Part shown: piece by piece, positions 27,701 through 33,908 of the stretch
How positions within the stretch are numbered: the stretch's first letter is position 1
Layout: each line of letters begins with the position of its first letter
Assembly (NCBI GenBank): GCA_031425655.1
Contig: JANPJS010000032.1
Coordinates: 1-33,908 of the forward strand
Source: Abditibacteriaceae bacterium
Lineage (GTDB): Bacteria; Armatimonadota; Abditibacteriia; Abditibacteriales; Abditibacteriaceae
Direction: 5' to 3'
DNA length: 33,908 bases
Translations under genes and position numbers: made by a program
The notes under the pieces: model-generated
What the model was told of the DNA's origin: nothing
What the model saw: only the letters and a program-made list of their open reading frames with translations
Databases searched by the model: none

Positions 27701-29371
27701 GTGAAAAGACAAATTATGACACCTGTCTCGACGAAACTTATGTCCCTCACATTGGCAAGCGCAGCTCTCGCCGCTTGCCCTTTGCACGCTCAGACTGCGG
27801 CGCCCGCTGCCGTGCCGCCGGGCGCGCTCATTACGCCCGCGCAGTGGCTTCAGCGCCAGACGAAACCGATTTTCAAGAAGGGCCACACCATGCCGCGCCT
27901 GACGCGCTATGGTTGGGACTTATCGTTGGAAACCAGTGTCGAATTCGCCGAAAACTGGAATTATGTCCTGCAAACCAATTATCTGAGCGACGAAACCGTC
28001 AAACGCGCCTTGAATGACCCGCAAAGCAGAGAAGCCAAAATGGTGGCGCTGACGCTTTCCAACCCCAAAAAATATCCGCTGGGCGTGATTGTGGATCGCA
28101 GTGATCCGCCCAATCCGGCGCCCGAAACGTTCCTGCGCGACGCCGAAGGCAAGCTCATTGACGGCCAGAATATTTACAGCCCGCTCAACCCACAAAGCGT
28201 GCTTGACCAAATGGGCGAACTGCGGGCGCGGCCTTTGCGGGAGTTGCGGAAAAAAGTGCCGATTCACATCATTCTTAACGGTGGCGAATATGGTCTGGGC
28301 GTTCTTGGCTTCATGCAAAAGCAGGCCGAGCGCGACCCCAAAGTCGTGGCGGCCAAAGGCCAAAGCGATTGGTTCAGCTTCCTTTCCAAAGCGAAAGCGC
28401 GCGAACGCCAGACCATCGCCGATGCCGTCCGCAAAGCGGTTCCCGACCGCAATTTTTACATTTATTACAATTCCGGCAACGTGGAGCGCAACCGTTTCGG
28501 CGGCTGGAGCGATTGGGGCTACGACGATATTTATGCGCTAAACGCCACCGATCTGCCGTCCAACGAGCATTATTACAAGCACTTCAACAGCGGCTACCTG
28601 CCGGATGCGGGCGGCAACGACTTGTTGACGCGTGCGCTCAATGCGGTCGGTTTTCAAATCGCGCACAACAAAAATTACTCCTACGACTGGCTTTCTGCGG
28701 GCTGGGTTGAGGAAGCCGATGCTCATGGCAATCCGCTGCCGCCGGCGGCGCCCAAGCCCACCGACAGCGCGCAAAAGCCGCAGTTGCAGGCAGGGAATGC
28801 GGCGGCTCTGGTTGATCCTAACGCAGGCCAACTTAGCCCGATGACGTTGTATGCCGGGTTTCTGAAATGCCTCTTCACCGGCGGCATGTTGGGCGGCAAC
28901 GCGGGTTATTATGCGTTTCCCCTCGGCGGTTTCGATGGTTCTTTTTCCGCCGATAAACCCGCGCATTATCTGCCGCAAATGACGACGCTTTCGCAAGTGC
29001 AGGCGCTGTTTTCCTATCTCGAAGACGATTTGCGCCGCAGCGATTTGCTGTCCGGCCCGAACCGGCACATTTGGTCGAAAGATCAAGCGGCCTATGAATT
29101 TCCGACGGGCAGTGCGGGCACGCGCGTGCTGGCGCGCAAGCATCGCACGAAAAACCAGTGGCTCCTTACCGCGTGGGCCGCCGACGGCGTGGAGCGTCCG
29201 GTGAAAGTCACCATTCCGCAACTCGGCGAAGTTACACTTTTGGCGCGTGCGGCGGGCAGCGTTTACACCGCCACGTTGCAAAATAAGCGGCCTCAACTCA
29301 CCCTCACCGATCCGGATGCGATGACGCCGACCGCCAAAGGCTTCGCTCCTCAAAAAGTGGCGCCGGCCTAA
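27701..29371 (+). CDS. Secreted uncharacterised protein, paralog 3 (core only)
   Basis: Signal ...LAACPLHA-Q; same core as 9047 and 12361; ends at KGFAPQKVAPA, just where the others enter their linker. Start is GTG 27701 or ATG 27716. Confidence 0.8.
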   Translation: MKRQIMTPVSTKLMSLTLASAALAACPLHAQTAAPAAVPPGALITPAQWLQRQTKPIFKKGHTMPRLTRYGWDLSLETSVEFAENWNYVLQTNYLSDETVKRALNDPQSREAKMVALTLSNPKKYPLGVIVDRSDPPNPAPETFLRDAEGKLIDGQNIYSPLNPQSVLDQMGELRARPLRELRKKVPIHIILNGGEYGLGVLGFMQKQAERDPKVVAAKGQSDWFSFLSKAKARERQTIADAVRKAVPDRNFYIYYNSGNVERNRFGGWSDWGYDDIYALNATDLPSNEHYYKHFNSGYLPDAGGNDLLTRALNAVGFQIAHNKNYSYDWLSAGWVEEADAHGNPLPPAAPKPTDSAQKPQLQAGNAAALVDPNAGQLSPMTLYAGFLKCLFTGGMLGGNAGYYAFPLGGFDGSFSADKPAHYLPQMTTLSQVQALFSYLEDDLRRSDLLSGPNRHIWSKDQAAYEFPTGSAGTRVLARKHRTKNQWLLTAWAADGVERPVKVTIPQLGEVTLLARAAGSVYTATLQNKRPQLTLTDPDAMTPTAKGFAPQKVAPA

Positions 29372-29605
29372 ACCCTTGCTGCTAATCCTTTGCTTTGCGC
29401 CCGACCCCATACGCTTTGGGCGTTGCCGCAGCGACGCGGCGGATTATGCAAGTTGGACGCACCTCACCAAACACCTCTTGCCACTCCGTTGAAAACGGTT
29501 CGACTTTGTTGAGCGTGGCACTGCCTTGAATTCGAGCTAATTGATCAATTCTTAAGTGCAACTTTTGCAACACGGAGGCTTCTTTTGTGCTCTTAACAAG
29601 TTCAA

Positions 29606-32227
29606 GTGGAAAAAATCATCGAATTGCCATTACTTATACTGCGCCGCGTCGCTTTAGCGGCTTTGTTTTCGCTTGTCGTTTCGGCTGGCGGCGCGAAGGC
29701 CGCGCCGCCTAACGCTGCCGTAATTCCTCCAAAAAGTGTTCAAACTGCGGAAAAGAAAGCTCCGGCGACTCAGCCTCTCAAACCTGTTCCTGCCGTCTCC
29801 AAGCCGCTGCCTGCGCCATTGAAAAAGCCGGAGCCGGTAAAAGGCAAACTCGAAGTCAGTCCGGCGCGCGTTGATTTAAACGGCTCTGCGGCGCGGCATC
29901 GCCTGCTGGCAATGTTGTCCTTGCCTGACGGAGCGCGCGAAGATGCCTCCTCGAAGGTCGTTTTCACTTCCAGCCAGCCGCAAATCGCCGAAATCAAAGA
30001 TCAACACATTATCGCGCGGCAAAATGGCAGCGCGACGGTCACGGCCCGATTGGGCACACTGAGCGCTCAGATTTACGTTTACGTGACGGGAGTCGGGCAG
30101 TCGCGCGCGATTTCCTTTGAAAACGATGTCGTGCCGACGATGGCGCGCGTCGGATGCAGTTCGGGCGCGTGTCACGGTGCCAATTCGGGCAAGGGCGGCT
30201 TCAAGTTATCGCTGCGCGGTTATGCGCCCGAATTGGATTACGTTTCCATCACGCGCCAGTTGCGCGGGCGTCGCATTTCGCGCGAGGCTCCCGAAAAAAG
30301 TCTGTTTCTGCGAAAGCCTTTGCTGGAAACAGCACACGGCGGCGGGCGAGTTTTTACCAAAGATTCAGCGGCTCATGCCACGCTGTTAGGTTGGCTGCGT
30401 CAGGGCGCGGCGGGCGTTGATCCGAAAACGCCGCGCCTGACTTCATTGTCGCTGTTACCGGGCGACCGCATTTACAAAGCGAACGAAACTCAACAAACCG
30501 TCGTGCGCGCGACTTTTTCGGATGGGCGCAGTGAAGATGTTACCGAGCAGGCGCTTTTTCGCTCCAACGACGAGGCGGTTGCCAAAGTTTCCGAAGCCGG
30601 GAAAATTGTGGCCGGCGCGCCCGGCGCAACGGCGATTCAAGCCAAATACATGGACAAATTAGCGGTTTTGCGGGTCACGGTGCCGTTTCCGCAAAAAGCC
30701 GACGCTTCGCTTTTCAAAACGCGCAACAACTACGTGGATGACGCGGTTTACGCCAAATTGCAGCAGCTTAACTTGGAACCCAGCGGCCCGGCCAGCGATG
30801 CCGATTTTATGCGCCGCGTTTATATTGACGCTCTGGGAACCCTGCCGACAGCCGCAGAAGCCCGCGCATTTTTGGAAAACCAAAAGCCTGATAAGCGCGA
30901 TAAAATCGTGGACGAAGTGCTGTCGCGGCCCGAATTTGCTTCGGTGTGGGCCTTGAAATTCGCGGACTTGTTCCTGATGCGTAAGGAACATATGCAGCGC
31001 AAAAACACCATCGCCTTACAGCAATGGATGACGAATCAAGTGCGCGAAAACCGCCCCTGGGACAAAATCGCCGCCGACCTGATAACGGCGAGTGGTTCGA
31101 CCGAAGAAAAGCCGGAAACGCTGTGGTATATCAGCCGCCAGCAAGGCAAACCGGGCGGGCGCGGCTGGATTCGTCACCACGAACTGACCGGAGAAATCGT
31201 CTCGCAGGTGTTTTTGGGCACGCGCATTGGTTGCGCCAAATGCCATAATCATCCAACCGAAAAATACACGCAAAACGATTACTATCATTTCGCGGCCCTG
31301 TTCGCACAGGTCAACGGCGACGGCGAGGGCGACCCGGTTCCCGCGCGCATTTTGCCCAAAGACGGCGGCGAAGTGCGCCATCCGCGCACCAATCAGATCA
31401 TGGCGCCGCAGCCCCTTGATGGGACGGATTTAAAGGTGCCGGACAAAGAAGATCGGCGCGTAAAATTCATGCAGTGGATGACTGAAGGCGCCGGGCGCGA
31501 AGCTTTTGCCCGCAACATCGTGAATCGCATCTGGGCGCGGCTTTTTGGCGCGGGCATCGTCGAACCTGTAGACGACTTACGCAGCACCAATCCGCCGCGC
31601 AACGAGCCGTTGATGAACGCACTGGCCAAAGATTTGATTGAGCATAAATACGATCTCAAATACATCACAAGCGTGATGATGAAATCGCGCACTTATCAAT
31701 CGAGTTCGACGCCGACCAAAACCAACCGCGTGGATACGCAGTTTTTCTCGCATTATCCCATCCGGCGCCTGCCCGCCGAAGAATTGGTTGATGCCGTCGC
31801 GCAAGTTACGGGCGTGCCCGACCGCTTTGCGACTTATCCGTTGGGAACGCGCGCCATAGAACTAACCGATGTCGAGTTAGGTTCGGCATCATTAGATACT
31901 TTTGGGCGCCCGATTCGCATCGCGCCGCTCGATTGCGAGCGCAGTAACGCGCCCAGTATGTCGCAGGCGTTGGAATTGTTTAACGGCGATGGTTTACAAG
32001 GCAAACTCAAAAACGGCGAAGGCCGGCTCGCCCAGTTGTTGAAGACGCACAAGGAAAACGAGCCGGTTATCGAAGAGCTTTTCTTGGCAACATTCTCGCG
32101 CCGTCCGACACTTGTGGAAACTGCCGCCGCGCTGCAAGCCATCAAAACCGCGCCCAACCGCGATGAAGGAATGCAAGACGTGCTGTGGGCGCTGATTAAC
32201 AGCAAAGAATTTATGTTCAATCATTAA
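29606..32227 (+). CDS. DUF1549/DUF1553 protein with Ig-like domains (planctomycete cytochrome-like)
   Basis: Signal peptide and Pro-rich linker; SFENDVVP...GCSSGACHG...GKGGFKLSLRG; FMRRVYID.LGTLPT; FLGTRIGCAKCHNHP; NIVNRIW...G.GIVEPVDD; DVLWALINSKEFMFNH. Confidence 0.9.
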   Translation: MEKIIELPLLILRRVALAALFSLVVSAGGAKAAPPNAAVIPPKSVQTAEKKAPATQPLKPVPAVSKPLPAPLKKPEPVKGKLEVSPARVDLNGSAARHRLLAMLSLPDGAREDASSKVVFTSSQPQIAEIKDQHIIARQNGSATVTARLGTLSAQIYVYVTGVGQSRAISFENDVVPTMARVGCSSGACHGANSGKGGFKLSLRGYAPELDYVSITRQLRGRRISREAPEKSLFLRKPLLETAHGGGRVFTKDSAAHATLLGWLRQGAAGVDPKTPRLTSLSLLPGDRIYKANETQQTVVRATFSDGRSEDVTEQALFRSNDEAVAKVSEAGKIVAGAPGATAIQAKYMDKLAVLRVTVPFPQKADASLFKTRNNYVDDAVYAKLQQLNLEPSGPASDADFMRRVYIDALGTLPTAAEARAFLENQKPDKRDKIVDEVLSRPEFASVWALKFADLFLMRKEHMQRKNTIALQQWMTNQVRENRPWDKIAADLITASGSTEEKPETLWYISRQQGKPGGRGWIRHHELTGEIVSQVFLGTRIGCAKCHNHPTEKYTQNDYYHFAALFAQVNGDGEGDPVPARILPKDGGEVRHPRTNQIMAPQPLDGTDLKVPDKEDRRVKFMQWMTEGAGREAFARNIVNRIWARLFGAGIVEPVDDLRSTNPPRNEPLMNALAKDLIEHKYDLKYITSVMMKSRTYQSSSTPTKTNRVDTQFFSHYPIRRLPAEELVDAVAQVTGVPDRFATYPLGTRAIELTDVELGSASLDTFGRPIRIAPLDCERSNAPSMSQALELFNGDGLQGKLKNGEGRLAQLLKTHKENEPVIEELFLATFSRRPTLVETAAALQAIKTAPNRDEGMQDVLWALINSKEFMFNH

Positions 32228-32378
32228 ACTTCTTGCATAAGTCAGGCTTGCCCTCCCCTAACCCCTCCCGGAGGGAGGGGAAATACGCTCTGAAAGCCGA
32301 TTGGGTCTCCCAGAGCGTAACTCCTCCCCCTCCGGGGGAGGTTGGGTGGGGGTTTCACGGGCTTATGCAAGAGGTCTA
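32225..32378. mobile_element. MITE-like nested palindromic element C with CCCCT/AGGGG-type core
   Basis: TA-bounded outer IR 32225-32243 / 32360-32378 (16/19, 11-bp perfect core TCTTGCATAAG); arms CCCTCCCCTAACCCCTCCC..AGGGAGGGG and CCTCCCCCTCCGGGGGAGGTTGGGTGGGG; central IR TACGCTCTG / CAGAGCGTA. Confidence 0.7.
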
Positions 32379-32406
32379 TTAAACGGCGGCAAATTCAGGA
32401 TAAATT

Positions 32407-33762
32407 ATGCTTTCATTTTTCGGCAAAGGATGCAACCAGGAATGCAGCGGCCTCAGCCGCCGCGATTTTCTCAGCACAGGCGCGTTATCAGTTCTCGGCC
32501 TGACTTTAGGCGATTTGCTGCGCGTGGAAGCAGCGCAAGCCAGTGCTCAAGCGGCGACGGGCGTTGCGGGCCGTAAATCGCCCCGCGCCAAAAACGTGCT
32601 GGTGATTTTCTTGGGCGGCGGCATCACGCACCACGACAGCTTCGACCCAAAGCCCGGCGCGCCCGAAGAAATCAGGGGCAAATACGGCACGATTGCCACC
32701 AAAATCGCCGGCATTCGCTACAGCGACCAAATGCCGAAGTTAGCCGAATGCAACGATTTATACGCGCTTGTGCGTTCGCAAATGACCGGCAACGATCATC
32801 ACGAAACGGCATCGCAGTGGGTTTTGACCGGCAATTACGGCACGATGCAAGGTGGCGATTTTCCCTCGATTGGCTCGGTTGTCACCCATGAAACTCAGGC
32901 GCTTAACACCTTGCCGCCGTATGTCGCCATTCCGCGCAACGCTTCGTTTACTTGGGAATTGGGCAAAGCGGCGTGGATGGGCGACAAATTTGAATCGTTC
33001 AAAGCTGGCAGCCCGGAACAAAAAGACTGGAAAGTCAGCAATTTGGGCTTGCAGGGCGATGTCAACGTCGAGCGATTAAATCGGCGCCAAACTTTGTTGC
33101 ATTCGGTTGATAACCTCGCGCGCCGCGTCGAAGGCAGCGCCGATTTGGATTCGATGGACGCGTTTTATCAGCGCGCCGCGCAAATGGTGCTCTCGCCCGA
33201 CGCGCGCAAGGCTTTCGATTTATCGCAGGAATCGGACAAAACCAAAGAAATGTATGGCACGACCGGCCATTGGGGAATGCAGGCGCTGCTGGCGCGCCGT
33301 CTCATCGAATCGGACGTGCGCTTTGTGTTTTTACAGTTGGGCGGCTGGGATCATCACTCCAAAATTTTTGAAGCCTGCGATAGGATGCTCAAACCGCTGG
33401 ATCAAGCGATTGCCGCTTTGCTGCGCGACATGAAAGAGCGCGGTCTGCTCGATAATACCCTTGTCGCCATGTTCGGCGAGTTTGGCCGCACCTCGAAAAT
33501 TAACAAAGAAGCCGGGCGCGACCATTGGGGTCACGCCGGTTCGATGATTTTCGCCGGCGCCGGAGTGCGCGGCGGGCAAGTCATCGGCAACACCGACGAA
33601 CGCGGCGAATACGTCATTGACCGGCCTGTTCGCCCGCCCGAAATCGCCGCTACGATTTACGATGCTCTGGGCATTGATTACTCGAAAGAACTGATGACGC
33701 CGCAAGGCCGCCCCGTGCGCATTTTGCCCGACACAGCGCCTATCCACGAGCTTTACAGCTAA
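32407..33762 (+). CDS. DUF1501-family protein (Tat-like signal)
   Basis: SRRDFL, FLGGG..HHDSFDPKP.APEEIRG, PSIGSV, LLARRLIE..VRFV, GWDHH, GEFGRT.KIN...GRDHW, GGQVIG.TD. Confidence 0.92.
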   Translation: MLSFFGKGCNQECSGLSRRDFLSTGALSVLGLTLGDLLRVEAAQASAQAATGVAGRKSPRAKNVLVIFLGGGITHHDSFDPKPGAPEEIRGKYGTIATKIAGIRYSDQMPKLAECNDLYALVRSQMTGNDHHETASQWVLTGNYGTMQGGDFPSIGSVVTHETQALNTLPPYVAIPRNASFTWELGKAAWMGDKFESFKAGSPEQKDWKVSNLGLQGDVNVERLNRRQTLLHSVDNLARRVEGSADLDSMDAFYQRAAQMVLSPDARKAFDLSQESDKTKEMYGTTGHWGMQALLARRLIESDVRFVFLQLGGWDHHSKIFEACDRMLKPLDQAIAALLRDMKERGLLDNTLVAMFGEFGRTSKINKEAGRDHWGHAGSMIFAGAGVRGGQVIGNTDERGEYVIDRPVRPPEIAATIYDALGIDYSKELMTPQGRPVRILPDTAPIHELYS

Positions 33763-33908
33763 TAATAATGCGATTGAACCGATTTGTAGACACGCGACGT
33801 GTCCTTTGCGCACTGGGTTTTAAAGGCGGCCACCCCAAGTCGGGTGTATACAAAATTTAAAGGGGGGGGCGTCTTTTGGTTTTGGGGGTTTGTTGTGGGC
33901 TTCCATTT

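Noticed and set aside
27701..27790. Lipoprotein call for the three paralogs (Cys near each signal end: VLSC, VSTC, LAAC)
   Set aside because: Only P3 has a canonical lipobox, and P1/P3 also show a plausible SPase I site (HA-Q). Unresolved without SignalP.
406..29410. Long minus-strand ORFs (e.g. 4043..5098, 12889..13815, 23277..24572, 28538..29410)
   Set aside because: Antisense shadows of well-supported + strand genes in GC-rich DNA, with no recognisable motifs.
29516..29530. Sigma-54 promoter (TGGCAC...TTG)
   Set aside because: Spacing is wrong and there is no GC at the -12 position.
33786..33908. GTAG-REP-like hairpin (GTAGACACGCGACGTGTC) and G/T-run tail
   Set aside because: Single short stem with no second copy. 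The following homopolymer-rich sequence may be low-quality contig end.

Overview
Bacterial DNA of moderately high GC. All credible intact genes lie on the + strand, and the window may be a whole contig (first gene 5'-truncated, low-complexity right end). Two 'planctomycete-type' DUF modules (DUF1592+DUF1552 at left, DUF1549/DUF1553+DUF1501 at right) bracket a ~25 kb carbohydrate-utilisation-like island. The island encodes a LacI regulator, GH29, GH31, two beta-helix proteins (one GH141-like), a Gfo/Idh/MocA dehydrogenase, a DUF4838-FGE-fold fusion, two PhyH-family Fe(II)/2OG dioxygenases plus a degenerate third phyH start, and three mosaic paralogs of a secreted protein family I cannot assign (possible new GH-A-like hydrolase). 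Each paralog sits downstream of a phyH gene or remnant. Intergenic DNA carries nested palindromic MITE/REP-like elements. Two 201-bp copies with 7-bp target duplications flank the GH29 gene in the same orientation, but their 76-bp cores are inverted relative to each other. The host may be Armatimonadota/Abditibacteriota or PVC, which is only an impression. All family calls come from motif recognition by eye; no searches were run.
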